From: an uncultured Actinomycetota bacterium
GTDB lineage: Bacteria > Actinomycetota > Actinomycetes > DATJPE01
Reading direction: 5' to 3'
Assembly (NCBI GenBank): GCA_963805505.1
Contig: CAWDUP010000002.1
Location: forward strand, 700,493-764,492
DNA: 64,000 bases
This document shows, piece after piece, positions 1 through 10,338 of this stretch. The number at the start of each line of letters is the position of its first letter. Position 1 is the first letter of the stretch. The notes beneath the pieces were generated by a model, which saw only the letters and a program-made list of their open reading frames with translations, was not told the origin of the DNA and did not search any database. Both the position numbers and the translations under genes were made by a program.

Positions 1-2
1 TC

Positions 3-593
3 GGTGCACCGATCTATGAGTCGTTCACCAAGGCGACGACCACCGACGTCAGGATCGTCGCAGCGCTGATGATCTTGGCGATGACCGCGTCGACGTTCAT
101 CACCCAGCGCCAGCTCATGGTCAAGAACATGCCTGCGGGCGCGGACAATCCGATGGCCCAGCAGCAGAAGATCCTGCTGTACGTGTTCCCGGTGATGTTC
201 GCCGTGTTCGGCATCAACTTCCCGATCGGCGTCCTGGTGTACTGGTTGACGACCAACCTCTGGACGATGGGTCAACAGTTCTGGGTCATCCGACGCAATC
301 CCACGCCCGGTTCGGCGGCCTGGGACGAGCTTCAGCAACGTAAGGCGGCCAAGGGCCAGTTGACCGAGACCAGCAACGGAGGTGGTGCGGTGGACGTCGC
401 GCCCGCTCCGGCGGTCGTCAGATCTCAACCGAAGCGGCAGTCCAAGAGTCAGCGCAAGGGCGGTCCCCGGGGCCCGAAGAATGGCACGGCCGCAGGCGCC
501 ACGACGAGCAACGCTCCCTCGAGCGAGGCGCCCGACGAACAGGCGTCAACCCCCGATCCACAAGCCGGCCAGACCGGCAAGGAGACTTCATGA
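3..593 (+). CDS. yidC: Membrane protein insertase YidC (3' part; truncated by window edge)
   Basis: C-terminal TM motif [20 protein letters not shown], basic tail, directly upstream of jag-rsmG-parAB. Confidence 0.93.
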   Translation, partial: GAPIYESFTKATTTDVRIVAALMILAMTASTFITQRQLMVKNMPAGADNPMAQQQKILLYVFPVMFAVFGINFPIGVLVYWLTTNLWTMGQQFWVIRRNPTPGSAAWDELQQRKAAKGQLTETSNGGGAVDVAPAPAVVRSQPKRQSKSQRKGGPRGPKNGTAAGATTSNAPSSEAPDEQASTPDPQAGQTGKETS

Positions 594-1252
594 CCGAGAT
601 GGATCCGGACCAGACCGCTGTGACTGAGGTTGATGAGCTAACTGAGGTTGATAAAACTGAGGTTGGTGAAACGGACGTGACAGAGGAGACCCCTGTGCCT
701 GACGAGGCAGCTGAGGGTGACGAGGCTGAGAGTGACGAAGGCGGCGAGACTGACGGTATCGAGGCCGAGGGTGACGGCACGGCGTCGTTGAGCCCAGCCG
801 AACGACTCGAGCGCGAAGGCGACATCGCGGCGGACTACCTCGAGGGTCTGCTGGACATTGCTGACCTGGACGGCGACATCGACATGGATGTCGAGCGAGA
901 TCGAGCGCTGGTGTCCATCGTCGGGTCCGGCCTGGACGACCTGGTCGGCCGCGATGGTGAGGTCTTGGACGCGTTGCAGGAGCTCACCCGGCTGGCGGTG
1001 CTGCGCGAAACCGGCGAACGCAGTCGGCTGATGCTCGACATCGCCGGCCATCGGGCGCGGGTTCGTGAGCTGCTCACCGAACGGGGACGACAGGCCAGCG
1101 CGCAGGCCAAGGAGTCGGGTGAACCCGTCCGGCTGGAGCCGATGAATCCCTTTGAACGCAAGATCGTGCACGACGCGGTGGCTGCGGCCGGACTCACGAG
1201 CGAGTCCGAGGGCGTGGAGCCTTCCCGCTACGTCGTCGTACTTCCCAGCTGA
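590..1252 (+). CDS. jag: Jag/KhpB-like RNA-binding protein (KH + R3H)
   Basis: [26 protein letters not shown] and R3H motif [12 protein letters not shown]; synteny. Confidence 0.93.
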   Translation: MTEMDPDQTAVTEVDELTEVDKTEVGETDVTEETPVPDEAAEGDEAESDEGGETDGIEAEGDGTASLSPAERLEREGDIAADYLEGLLDIADLDGDIDMDVERDRALVSIVGSGLDDLVGRDGEVLDALQELTRLAVLRETGERSRLMLDIAGHRARVRELLTERGRQASAQAKESGEPVRLEPMNPFERKIVHDAVAAAGLTSESEGVEPSRYVVVLPS

Positions 1253-1255
1253 CCG

Positions 1256-1966
1256 TTGTTTCACGTGAAACCAGCCGACCCGGCAGCCCACTCCGTCGTG
1301 GCCGGGGGTGCACCAGACCCGCCCCCCGTGGCTGCGCAGCTGTTTGGCGCCCGACTGGACCTCGCCTGCCGGTATGCCGACCTGGTGGCCGGGGCCGGAG
1401 TGGAACGAGGGCTGGTGGGGCCGCGTGAGGTGCCGCGGCTGTGGGAGCGACACCTGCTGAACTGTGCGGTCCTGACCGAGCTGATCGAGGCCGACGCCCT
1501 GGTCGCGGACGTGGGGAGCGGAGCCGGGCTGCCCGGCATCGTGCTGGCGCTGGCGCGCCCCGACCTGCGGGTGCAGCTCATCGAGCCGCTGCTGCGCCGG
1601 TCGACCTTCCTGACCGAGGTGGTGAACGAGCTGGGCCTGACCCAAACCCAGGTGGTCCGCGAGCGAGCTGAACTGATGGATGGGGGCGTCTTCGACGTCG
1701 TGACCGCGCGAGCCGTTGCACCCCTCGGCAAGCTGCTGGGCTGGACCCTGCCCCTGCTGCGTCCCGGTGGCACGGTGTTGGCGCTGAAGGGTTCGTCGGC
1801 CGCCACCGAGCTCGAGGGTGCGCAACCCGAACTGAGACGCTGGCCGGGGGCGCAGGCCGATCTGGTGACGGTCGGAGCCGGCATCCTCGAGGTGCCGGCC
1901 ACGGTTGTGCGGGTCCGGCTGGCTCAAGCCCAGGGGAATCGCCTTGGCTTGCGGGAGACGCCATGA
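1256..1966 (+). CDS. rsmG: 16S rRNA m7G527 methyltransferase RsmG (GidB)
   Basis: RLWERHLLNC, DVGSGAGLPG, VTARAVAPL motifs; exact start uncertain. Confidence 0.95.
   Translation: MFHVKPADPAAHSVVAGGAPDPPPVAAQLFGARLDLACRYADLVAGAGVERGLVGPREVPRLWERHLLNCAVLTELIEADALVADVGSGAGLPGIVLALARPDLRVQLIEPLLRRSTFLTEVVNELGLTQTQVVRERAELMDGGVFDVVTARAVAPLGKLLGWTLPLLRPGGTVLALKGSSAATELEGAQPELRRWPGAQADLVTVGAGILEVPATVVRVRLAQAQGNRLGLRETP
1258..1271. promoter_or_regulatory. parS site (ParB loading site)
   Basis: Perfect palindrome GTTTCACGTGAAAC at the jag/rsmG junction. Confidence 0.93.
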
Positions 1967-3003
1967 CTGAGCCAGGCGCCGCAGCGGACCCGAGCGAGGT
2001 TTCACGTGAAACATCGCTCTCGGACACTCCCATCGGGCAGGCGGCCGCCACCGCCGTGCAGGTACGGTCCGGTCGCATGGGCGAACTGCCGAGGCCGGAG
2101 CGCACCCGAGTCATCACAGTGGCCAACCAGAAGGGTGGAGTCGGCAAGACGACGAGCACCGTGAACGTGGCTGCCTCGCTGGCTTTGCACGGTCTGCGGG
2201 TCCTGGTCGTCGATCTCGATCCGCAGGGCAATGCCTCGACCGCCCTGGGAGTCCCCCATGCGTCGGGCACGCCCAGCGTCTACGAGGTGCTGGTCGACGG
2301 AGCCAGCCTCGCCTCGGTCGTCCAGCCGGCCCCTGACCTGGCTGGTCTTCGGGTGGTGCCGGCCACTCTCGACCTGGCCGGCGCCGAGATCGAGCTCGTG
2401 TCCTTGGTCGCCCGGGAGAGCAGGTTGCAGCGCGCGTTGCGCTCGTTCTTGATGACCGAGGCGATCGAGGGCCGCCGGTTGGACTACGTGTTCATCGACT
2501 GCCCGCCCTCGCTGGGCCTGCTCACCGTCAACGCCTTCGTCGCGGCGGAAGAAGTACTCATCCCGATCCAGTGCGAGTACTACGCCCTCGAGGGCCTGGG
2601 TCAATTGATCCGTAACGTTGACCTGGTGAAGGTGCACCTGAATCCCGACCTGGCCGTCTCGACGATCTTGCTGACGATGTATGACGGTCGCACCAAGCTG
2701 GCGGCCCAGGTGGCCGAAGAGGTCCGGAGGCATTTCGGCGACGTCGTGCTTCGCACGGCCGTGCCTCGCTCGGTGCGGGTCTCTGAAGCGCCCAGCTATG
2801 CCCAGACGGTCATGACCTACGACCCCGGTTCCAGCGGCGCCCTGTCCTACCTCGAGGCGGCGCGCGAGCTGGCCCGTCGGCCCGTGGTCGGTGCAAGCAG
2901 GACCCGGGCTCGCGCCGGCACGTCCGACGCCGGGCCAGCCAACCCAGCCAACCCAGCCTCTCCGACTAGGCCGGATCCCGACCAGCAGCAGGAGCGATCA
3001 TGA
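1963..3003 (+). CDS. parA: Chromosome partitioning ATPase ParA
   Basis: Deviant Walker [39 protein letters not shown]. Confidence 0.96.
   Translation: MTEPGAAADPSEVSRETSLSDTPIGQAAATAVQVRSGRMGELPRPERTRVITVANQKGGVGKTTSTVNVAASLALHGLRVLVVDLDPQGNASTALGVPHASGTPSVYEVLVDGASLASVVQPAPDLAGLRVVPATLDLAGAEIELVSLVARESRLQRALRSFLMTEAIEGRRLDYVFIDCPPSLGLLTVNAFVAAEEVLIPIQCEYYALEGLGQLIRNVDLVKVHLNPDLAVSTILLTMYDGRTKLAAQVAEEVRRHFGDVVLRTAVPRSVRVSEAPSYAQTVMTYDPGSSGALSYLEAARELARRPVVGASRTRARAGTSDAGPANPANPASPTRPDPDQQQERS
1999..2012. promoter_or_regulatory. parS site inside the parA 5' end
   Basis: Perfect GTTTCACGTGAAAC, encoding VSRET. Confidence 0.93.
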
Positions 3004-3968
3004 GTGAACGGCGACGGGGTCTGGGCAGGGGTCTGGGAGCGCTCATCCCCAGCCATCCGGAGCCGCCCGAGACGGCACGAGCGTCGAATGACCCTTCTGT
3101 CCGGTTATCACCCGATTCATCCCCGGTTTCCGAGCACTTGATGGGCCGCTCGTCTGGCTCACACTTCGCCGAGCTCCCGGTCGACGCCATCGTCGCCAAC
3201 CCTCGTCAGCCCAGGCAGGTCTTCGACGAGGAGGCCCTCGAAGAGCTGGTCCACAGCATTCGTGAGATCGGCCTGCTGCAGCCGATCGTGGTTCGTCCCA
3301 GCGGCTCGGGAACCTACGAGCTGGTCATGGGCGAGCGTCGGTGGCGGGCTACTGCGCGTGCCGGTCTGGACATCATCCCCGCCATCGTGCGAGACACCGG
3401 CGATGAAGCCATGCTGCGCGACGCCCTGCTGGAGAATCTGCACCGCAGCCAGCTGAATCCGCTCGAAGAGGCGGCGGCCTACGATCAGCTGCTCCAGGAC
3501 TTCGGGTGCACCCACGACGAGCTCGCCGAACGGATCGGCCGGTCGAGGCCGCAGATCTCGAACACGATCCGACTGCTCCGCTTGCCGCCGGGTGCCCAGC
3601 GTCGGGTAGCCGCTGGAGTGATCAGTGCTGGGCATGCCCGGGCGCTGCTCGGCCTGGACGACGCCGACGCGATCGAGCGGTTGGCGACCCGGATCGTCGC
3701 CGAGGGGCTTTCGGTGCGGGCCGTGGAGGAGATCGTGGCCCTCGGTGGGGACGATGCGCCCGCCGCCGTACGTCACCGCCAGCGCAAGCCGGTCGCCCCC
3801 GGTCTGACTGAGCTGGCCGCCCGGCTGTCGGACCGGCTGGAGACCCGCGTACGCGTCCAGCTCGGGAAGAACAAGGGCACCGTCACGATCGACTTCGGCA
3901 ACCTGGAAGACCTCGATCGCATCGTCTCGGTCATCGAGGCCAGGGCAGCCGAGGCCGACGGAGCCTGA
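3000..3968 (+). CDS. parB: Chromosome partitioning CTPase ParB
   Basis: [14 protein letters not shown]-terminus, NPRQPR, GERRWRA box, LLENLHR, HTH. Confidence 0.96.
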   Translation: MSERRRGLGRGLGALIPSHPEPPETARASNDPSVRLSPDSSPVSEHLMGRSSGSHFAELPVDAIVANPRQPRQVFDEEALEELVHSIREIGLLQPIVVRPSGSGTYELVMGERRWRATARAGLDIIPAIVRDTGDEAMLRDALLENLHRSQLNPLEEAAAYDQLLQDFGCTHDELAERIGRSRPQISNTIRLLRLPPGAQRRVAAGVISAGHARALLGLDDADAIERLATRIVAEGLSVRAVEEIVALGGDDAPAAVRHRQRKPVAPGLTELAARLSDRLETRVRVQLGKNKGTVTIDFGNLEDLDRIVSVIEARAAEADGA

Positions 3969-4112
3969 CAGGGCTCATCGCAAGGGTGGCGGGGGCCGAG
4001 AGCGGCACGCTGGTCCACCCCGCCGCATGGTCATGCGGCCACCTGGCAGGCCCAGCCACGCTCGCTTACCCGCTCCGGGCCCCCCGACAACGGTCCATCC
4101 AGGGCCGCGGCG

Positions 4113-5075
4113 TCACGCTCCGCGAGTGACGGCGCGTTCCACCAGAGTTCTGAACGTGGCACCGAGCTCGAGGTCGGCCGCCGTCACAGCCTGCGGAAAC
4201 AGGGACGTCTCGGTCATCCCGGGGGCCACGTTCGTCTCGAGGAACCATGGCAGTCCCCGGTCGTCCACGATCAGATCCGTGCGGGACAGATCGCGCAGGC
4301 CGAGGGTCTGGTGCGCTGTGACCGCGGCCTTCGCGCAGGCCGCGGCGCTGTCCTTCGTGAGGCGGGCCGGCGCGAAGAACTCCGTGGCGCCGGCGGTGTA
4401 GCGAGCCGCGTAGTCGTACAGCCCGCCGTCGGGAGCGATCTCCACGGCGGGCAGCGCGGTGGGGACGCCGTCGAGCTCGACCACCGAAACGGCCACCTCG
4501 ACGCCGTCCACACAGCGCTCGACGAGAGCGGTGTCGGCGTAGGCGAACGCCGCAACCATGGCCGCTGGGAGGTCCCGCTCATCTCGGACGACGGACAGAC
4601 CCAGGGCAGAACCTCCGCGTGAGGGTTTGACGACCAGCGGCAGGCCTAGACGTGAGGTCAAGGCCGAGAGCACGGTCGTGGCACCCAGCTCGCGAAACGT
4701 GGCGTGCGGGAGCACGACACCTTCGGGGACCAAGACGTCTGCCCTGGCCAGCGCTGCCTTGGCGACCGGCTTGTCGAAGGCGACCCGGCAGGCAGGTGCC
4801 ATGGATCCGACGTAGGGGATGCCGACCAGATCAAGCACGTCCCGCAGGGCGCCGTCCTCACCCGCCTGTCCATGCAGCAAGGGCAGCACGACATCGGGGT
4901 GCCGGGCGGCCAGCGCGGGTAGCAGCGCCGCGTCGGCGTCCAGGACGGCGACCTCCAGACCGCAATCGCGCAACGCCTCGGCCACCCGGCGCCCGGAGCG
5001 CAAGGACACGTCCCGTTCGTGCGACAGCCCGCCAGCGATCACGACCACGGTATGAGGAGTGGTGGGTTGGTTCAT
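4113..5075 (-). CDS. D-Ala-D-Ala ligase-family ATP-grasp protein
   Basis: GGLSHERDVSLRSG, LHGQAGEDG, VVKPSRGGSALG, ETNVAPGMT; omega loop reads YDYAARY. Confidence 0.85.
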   Translation of the reverse strand: MNQPTTPHTVVVIAGGLSHERDVSLRSGRRVAEALRDCGLEVAVLDADAALLPALAARHPDVVLPLLHGQAGEDGALRDVLDLVGIPYVGSMAPACRVAFDKPVAKAALARADVLVPEGVVLPHATFRELGATTVLSALTSRLGLPLVVKPSRGGSALGLSVVRDERDLPAAMVAAFAYADTALVERCVDGVEVAVSVVELDGVPTALPAVEIAPDGGLYDYAARYTAGATEFFAPARLTKDSAAACAKAAVTAHQTLGLRDLSRTDLIVDDRGLPWFLETNVAPGMTETSLFPQAVTAADLELGATFRTLVERAVTRGA

Positions 5076-6412
5076 GCCAGATCCGGGGACGGCGAGTCAC
5101 CCAGCGAGGAACGGGGATGCCCTGAGGTGGTCCCGAACGTGCGGGTGAGCTCCAACTCTTCTTCGACGACCGCGGCCAACCGACGCACTCCCTCTCGAAT
5201 CCGCTCAGCGGGGGGATAGCAATAAGACAGCCGCATGGAGGACCTCGCTGTCGGTTGGTCCTTGGCCGTGCCCGCGTAGAAGGCCGTCCCGGGCACGTAC
5301 GCCACCCGCGCCGTGATCGCGCGCGCGAGCATGGCGCCGGCATCAAGGCCCTCGGGGAGGGTGACCCACGAGTAGAAGCCACCACCTGGTGCGGTCCACG
5401 TCGTACCGGCTGGCATCTGCGTCCTCAGCGACTCGAGCAGGCTGTCGCGTCGCTCGCGATAGAGCTCGCGGAACACCTTGACCTGCTCCAACCACGGTTG
5501 ACTCGCGAGATAGGTGGACACCGTGAGCTGGCTGTAGGCGGACGGACAAAGGACCGACGCCTCAGCTGCGAGAACCAGCTTCTCGCGGATCCCGTGCGGT
5601 GCCACGGCGTAGCCGACTCGAAGGCCGGCAGCGAAGATCTTGGAGAACGAGCCGAGGTAGATCACTCCATCGGAGTCCGACGCTCGAAGGGCCTGGGGTA
5701 CGACCCCGTCGAATCCCAGCAGCCCGTAGGGGTCGTCCTCGACGAGGAGGACCCCCGCGCTTCGGGCTACCTCAAGGACCGCTTCACGACGTTGCGGACC
5801 CTGGGTGACCCCAGCCGGGTTGTGGTAGCTGGGAACGGTGTAGATGAACTTCACCGACCGACCCGCTGCGCGCGCGGTGCGGAGCGCTTGATCCAAGGAC
5901 GCCGGGTCCAGGCCTTCGGCGTCCATCGGCACCTGAACGACGTCCACCTCGTAGGCGGCGAAGGTTGACAGGGCCCCGACGTACGACGGCGCTTCGGCCA
6001 CCACCACATCACCGGGGTCGCAGAACACCCGCGTCACGAGGTCGAGCGCCTGCTGGGAACCCGTGGTCACGACGACGTCGTCGGGGTGAGCCGACACCCC
6101 TACGGTCGGCAAGATCTCGGCAGTGATCTGCTCGCGGAGTCCGATGTCGCCCTGCCCGGAGCCGTACTGCAAAGCCTGCTCGCCACGCTCGGAGATCAGC
6201 TTCTGAACGGTGTCGGCCACCACGTCGAGGGGCAACGCGCCGACGTAGGGCATCCCGCCCGCCAGGGACACCACCTCGGGCCGGGCGGCCACCGCAAACA
6301 GGGCTCGTACCTCTGACGCTGTCATCCCTGCGGTCCGCGTCGCGTAGCTGTCGACCCAGGGGTCGAGTCGGTTTCCGCGCCCGAGGTGGGTCGGGGCGCT
6401 GTCGGGGAGCAT
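5072..6412 (-). CDS. PLP-dependent aminotransferase, class I/II
   Basis: VSLAGGMP, TTGSQQALDL, YHNPAG, EDDPYG, GSFSKIFAAGLRVG; start set at ATG 6412. Confidence 0.9.
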   Translation of the reverse strand: MLPDSAPTHLGRGNRLDPWVDSYATRTAGMTASEVRALFAVAARPEVVSLAGGMPYVGALPLDVVADTVQKLISERGEQALQYGSGQGDIGLREQITAEILPTVGVSAHPDDVVVTTGSQQALDLVTRVFCDPGDVVVAEAPSYVGALSTFAAYEVDVVQVPMDAEGLDPASLDQALRTARAAGRSVKFIYTVPSYHNPAGVTQGPQRREAVLEVARSAGVLLVEDDPYGLLGFDGVVPQALRASDSDGVIYLGSFSKIFAAGLRVGYAVAPHGIREKLVLAAEASVLCPSAYSQLTVSTYLASQPWLEQVKVFRELYRERRDSLLESLRTQMPAGTTWTAPGGGFYSWVTLPEGLDAGAMLARAITARVAYVPGTAFYAGTAKDQPTARSSMRLSYCYPPAERIREGVRRLAAVVEEELELTRTFGTTSGHPRSSLGDSPSPDLA

Positions 6413-6471
6413 GGCTCTACGATGCCTCATGTCGGACGCTCGTCCGTCGCAGGTCGTCGAGGAGGTTCGCC

Positions 6472-6663
6472 ATGCGTGTCGCGCGCTGGGCCGCCTGGGT
6501 CCTCCTCGGTGTCCTGGTTGCGGCTGCGCTCAGCTTCCTGCTGCGCCTGCTGGCACCTCGACGGACGATTCGTGGCGGCGAAGTCGCCTACCAGGCTCCG
6601 GTCCCGTCCGATGGCGGTGATGTTGCGGTCGAGCACGCAGTACCGCTGCTCCCGCTGCGCTAG
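6472..6663 (+). CDS. Small single-pass membrane protein (63 aa)
   Basis: Strong GAGGAGG RBS, ATG start, one hydrophobic helix; fills the gap between the aminotransferase and cwlM. Confidence 0.6.
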   Translation: MRVARWAAWVLLGVLVAAALSFLLRLLAPRRTIRGGEVAYQAPVPSDGGDVAVEHAVPLLPLR

Positions 6664-7811
6664 CTGACCAGCTCCGGCAGGCGAAGCACACCGGTCGGGT
6701 GGTCGTCGTCTGGGGCGAGGTACAGCCGTTGCACCGCGACGGCGACCGCTTCGGCGACGGTGTCGCGGAAAGCACCATCGGCCAACCTCGCGGCGTCCCC
6801 GGGGTTGGTCAGGTAGCCGAGCTCCAGGCGCACCGCCGGCATGCGGGTGTGTCGGAGGATGTCCCAGGTCTTGCCGTGGATACGACAGTCCAGCAGGTCG
6901 GTGCGCGCCACGATCTCCCGCTGGACGAGGGCGGCGAATTCCTCGCCAACGGCCGAGTGCGCGCCACCACCGACCCCGTAGTAGTAGCACGCGACACCGC
7001 TCGCTCGTTCGTCGGTCGAGGTGTCGCAGTGCAGGGAGATCAACAGGTCGGCGTCGGTCTGGTTGGCGAATGCTGCCCGTTCCGCCTCGGTCGGCCCGGG
7101 CCGGTCGGCTGTCGGTAGCCCTCTCGTCAGATAGGCAGTGACGCCCATCGTGGCCAGCCGACCCTCGATGCGAGCCGCCAGGTCTGCCGCCACCTCGGCC
7201 TCGCACAGGTCGCCGGCCACGACCCCGCCGTCCGTGCCGCCGTGGCCGGGGTCGATGACGATGACCTTGCCGGCCAGACGTGGCCCGCTGTTGCGGATCG
7301 TTTCCGCCTCGCGCAAGGCGTGCGGTGCGCCGCCGGTGACCGTCCGGCTCAGCCGGTCGAGGGCCTTGAACGTCAGTGGGCCACACGTGCCGTCGTCGAC
7401 CAAGCCGACGTTGGCCTGGAACTCGCGCAGGGCATGATCGGTGCGCCGCCCCAGGATGCCGTCCACCCGGCCGCAGTCGAAGCCCATGTCGAGCAGTCGT
7501 TGCTGCAGCGCCGCGACATCGTCGCCGGCGAGTGGCTGTCCTACGACGTGCTGGAGCACCCGGTCACCGAGTTCCCACCGGGCCTCGTCGAGCAGCCGCC
7601 ACGTCTGCGGACCAACCACTCCATCGACCGTGGTGCCGCGCTCTTGCTGGAACTGGCGGACCGCACGATCGAGGCCGTCGTCGAAGGTCGCGTCTGCGCT
7701 GTGCTGCTGGGTCGTGGCGGGCCGCCCCGGCAAGAGCCCGAGCAGCACGAGCCGACCGCGGATGTCGGCGACGGCCGGTCCGTGGTCGCCACGGCGGTAG
7801 ACCTCCTGCAC
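6660..7811 (-). CDS. cwlM: CwlM-like N-acetylmuramoyl-L-alanine amidase with two PG-binding domains
   Basis: Two PG_binding_1 repeats (FQQERG..VDGVVGPQT; FQANVGL.DDGTCGPLT), Amidase_3 IDPGHGG, C-terminal PTG; downstream of trxA; start GTG 7811 after GAGAGGA. Confidence 0.88.
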   Translation of the reverse strand: MQEVYRRGDHGPAVADIRGRLVLLGLLPGRPATTQQHSADATFDDGLDRAVRQFQQERGTTVDGVVGPQTWRLLDEARWELGDRVLQHVVGQPLAGDDVAALQQRLLDMGFDCGRVDGILGRRTDHALREFQANVGLVDDGTCGPLTFKALDRLSRTVTGGAPHALREAETIRNSGPRLAGKVIVIDPGHGGTDGGVVAGDLCEAEVAADLAARIEGRLATMGVTAYLTRGLPTADRPGPTEAERAAFANQTDADLLISLHCDTSTDERASGVACYYYGVGGGAHSAVGEEFAALVQREIVARTDLLDCRIHGKTWDILRHTRMPAVRLELGYLTNPGDAARLADGAFRDTVAEAVAVAVQRLYLAPDDDHPTGVLRLPELVS

Positions 7812-7957
7812 GCGTCGCGTCCTCTCAACGTCGTCAGCGGTGACGTCTGCCGACTGCTGATCTCCGGTCAAACCCGATCAACGGATGAACTCGTGTCGTC
7901 TCACGATGGTAGGCGACCGAATGTCCAGATGACAGGGAACAACGTCCCGTGCGCGGG

Positions 7958-8284
7958 TCAGAGGTATGCCTCGAGGTCTTTGAGCAGGGCCGCTTTCGGC
8001 TTGGCGCCAACGATCGTCTTGACGACCTGGCCACCGGAATAGACGTTCAGGGTGGGAATCGAGGTGATGCCGTAGGAGGCTGACGTCTGCGGGTTCTCGT
8101 CGACATTGAGCTTGACGACGCTGATCTTGTCCGCGTGGGCACCAGCGATCTCATCGAGGATCGGCGAGACCTGGCGGCACGGACCGCACCACTCGGCCCA
8201 GAAGTCGACGATCACCGGCTTGTCGCTCTGCAGCACATCGGCGGTGAATGAGGCGTCGGTGACGGCTTTGGTGTGGGTGCCCAC
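7958..8284 (-). CDS. trxA: Thioredoxin
   Basis: DFWAEWCGPCR active site. Confidence 0.97.
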   Translation of the reverse strand: MGTHTKAVTDASFTADVLQSDKPVIVDFWAEWCGPCRQVSPILDEIAGAHADKISVVKLNVDENPQTSASYGITSIPTLNVYSGGQVVKTIVGAKPKAALLKDLEAYL

Positions 8285-8340
8285 AGTTCGTCTCTCCTGT
8301 TCGGTGATGGTTCGTTGGATGAGCTTGGACGGTTCCGCTT

Positions 8341-9354
8341 TCAGACTGCTGCGGGGACGGCTTGGGCGACGGAGTCGGGCAGTGCTTCGTCCTCGAGGTC
8401 GGCAAGGAAGCGTTCGGCGTCGAGCGCCGCTGCACAGCCTGTGCCAGCCGCCGTGACCGCTTGCCGGTAGACGTGATCGACGAGATCTCCGCAGGCGAAG
8501 ACCCCGGCCAGGTTGGTTCGCTGGGTGCGTCCCTCAACCAGGACATAGCCTTCGTCGTCGAGGTCGACCTGCCCAGCCATCAGCTCCGAGCGAGGGTCGT
8601 GGCCGATGGCTACGAACAAACCGGTCGCCTCGAGGTCGCGCTCTTCCCCGGACAGCACGTCGCGCAGCCGAACGCCAGTCACCTTGTCGTCGCCATGGAT
8701 CTCGACGACCTCGCTGTTCCAGGCAAAGGAGATCTTGTCGTTGGCGAAGGCCCGGTCCTGCATGACCTTGGACGCCCGCAGCGAGCTACGACGGTGGACG
8801 ACGGTGACGGTGGCCGCAAAGCGCGTCAGGAAGGTCGCTTCCTCCATGGCCGTGTCGCCACCACCGACGACCACGATGTGCTGGTTCTTGAAGAAGAAGC
8901 CGTCACAGGTGGCACACCAGGAGACGCCGCGGCCCGACAGCCGCTTCTCGTCTGGCAATCCGAGCTCTCGGTAGCCGGAGCCAGTCGCCAGGATCACGGC
9001 GTGCGCGCGGTGCGTGTTGCCGGATCCGTCCTTCACCAGCTTCACCGGACCGGTGAGCGTGACGTCGGTGACGTCGTCGGCGATCAGCTCCGCCCCGAAT
9101 CGTTCGGCCTGACCGCGCAGCTTGTCCATGAGGTCTGGCCCCATGACCCCCTCGGGGAACCCGGGGAAGTTTTCCACGTCAGTGGTGTTCATCAAGGCGC
9201 CACCAGCCGTGACCGAACCCTCGAAGACCAACGGCGCCAGGTTGGCTCGCGCGGCGTAGATCGCCGCGGTGTAGCCCGCCGGGCCAGAGCCGATGATGAT
9301 CACGTTGCGGATCTCGTCGGTGCTGCCGTCGTCGGTAGTGATCTCGTCAGTCAC
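8341..9354 (-). CDS. trxB: Thioredoxin reductase
   Basis: [28 protein letters not shown]. Confidence 0.97.
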   Translation of the reverse strand: MTDEITTDDGSTDEIRNVIIIGSGPAGYTAAIYAARANLAPLVFEGSVTAGGALMNTTDVENFPGFPEGVMGPDLMDKLRGQAERFGAELIADDVTDVTLTGPVKLVKDGSGNTHRAHAVILATGSGYRELGLPDEKRLSGRGVSWCATCDGFFFKNQHIVVVGGGDTAMEEATFLTRFAATVTVVHRRSSLRASKVMQDRAFANDKISFAWNSEVVEIHGDDKVTGVRLRDVLSGEERDLEATGLFVAIGHDPRSELMAGQVDLDDEGYVLVEGRTQRTNLAGVFACGDLVDHVYRQAVTAAGTGCAAALDAERFLADLEDEALPDSVAQAVPAAV

Positions 9355-9386
9355 GAATGCCTCTTCCGGTGCCGATATGGGGTATC

Positions 9387-9412
9387 AACCCAGGGTACGG
9401 CTCCAGCATTCC
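9387..9412 (-). promoter_or_regulatory. SigR/SigH-type (thiol-stress) promoter of trxBA
   Basis: GGAAT-N18-GTT on the minus strand, about 33 nt upstream of trxB. Confidence 0.75.
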
Positions 9413-9447
9413 GCCCAACGACAGGTTCGGCGCGCTGCGTGACGGGT

Positions 9448-10338
9448 TCAGCGCTTCTTGACGAAGGCGAAGTAGAGGACGTGGGCGTCGAGGTCGCTGG
9501 CGTCGGCGCACTTCGCGCCGACCACGAAGACCGCTACCTGGGTGGGGTCGTCGTCAGTGAGGACCACCACGACCGCAGGCACGGAACCGGATCCGGAGGA
9601 CTGACTCGGCGACTGGCCGGGTGAGGGGCTGAGGGGTGTACCGGACCACGTGCCGGAGTCAACAGCAAGGGGTTGCTCACGGGGATTGTCGACCAGCTTG
9701 GTGACGCATGCGTTGCGGGCGGTGTCATCGACGACGACGTCCGTGGCGGAGTAGCTCGTGGCGCCTGCGGACGGGTCCGGACTGGCATCGGTCTCGGTGT
9801 CCAGCGTCCTCAACGGCGCGCCGGGCGCGGACGCGGCGCTGACCAGGCTCGTCACTCGGGAGTCGATGTCGGCCGGCGTATAGCTCGCCCCGGACGTCGT
9901 GAGCAGCGTGCCCTGGGCCTCTGGAAGGGCAGCGTCGGCCGGATTGGCCCCCCCGGCCACGCTCGAGGTGTCCGGCTCGGAACTGTTGAAGAATTGGGTG
10001 CCGACGGCGATCGTGCCCAAAACGAGCGCCAGACCGGCGGCGCCGGAGAGAACGCGCGTCCCCAGCTTGCGTCGTCGCTGGTCGCGTTCGCGCTGCGAGG
10101 GCAGCACGCTGACGTTGGTCTCGCCTCCCGCGGCCCACGCCGGCACCGGGCCGGAGAGGGGCAGCTCCGCGGCAAGGGCAGCCGCGATGCGCTGAGCCAC
10201 GTCGTCGGGAAGCTCGATCTCGGGCAACCCGGCCAGCGCTGCCGTGACCGCGGCCTCCGTCTCGGGGTCGAGAAGGGGAGCGACGAGGAGCTGGTCGTCA
10301 AGGTCAGCCCTGTTGGCGTCGTGGGGGCCGTCACTCAT
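9448..10338 (-). CDS. Membrane anti-sigma factor (RsmA/RstA-like)
   Basis: LPDDVAQRIAAALAAE motif, one TM helix, extracytoplasmic domain with two Cys; overlaps the sigma gene stop; start ATG 10338. Confidence 0.8.
   Translation of the reverse strand: MSDGPHDANRADLDDQLLVAPLLDPETEAAVTAALAGLPEIELPDDVAQRIAAALAAELPLSGPVPAWAAGGETNVSVLPSQRERDQRRRKLGTRVLSGAAGLALVLGTIAVGTQFFNSSEPDTSSVAGGANPADAALPEAQGTLLTTSGASYTPADIDSRVTSLVSAASAPGAPLRTLDTETDASPDPSAGATSYSATDVVVDDTARNACVTKLVDNPREQPLAVDSGTWSGTPLSPSPGQSPSQSSGSGSVPAVVVVLTDDDPTQVAVFVVGAKCADASDLDAHVLYFAFVKKR

Noticed and set aside
4113-5075. VanA/VanB-type glycopeptide resistance ligase
   Set aside because: No vanH, vanX or vanRS neighbours; sits in conserved origin-proximal housekeeping context
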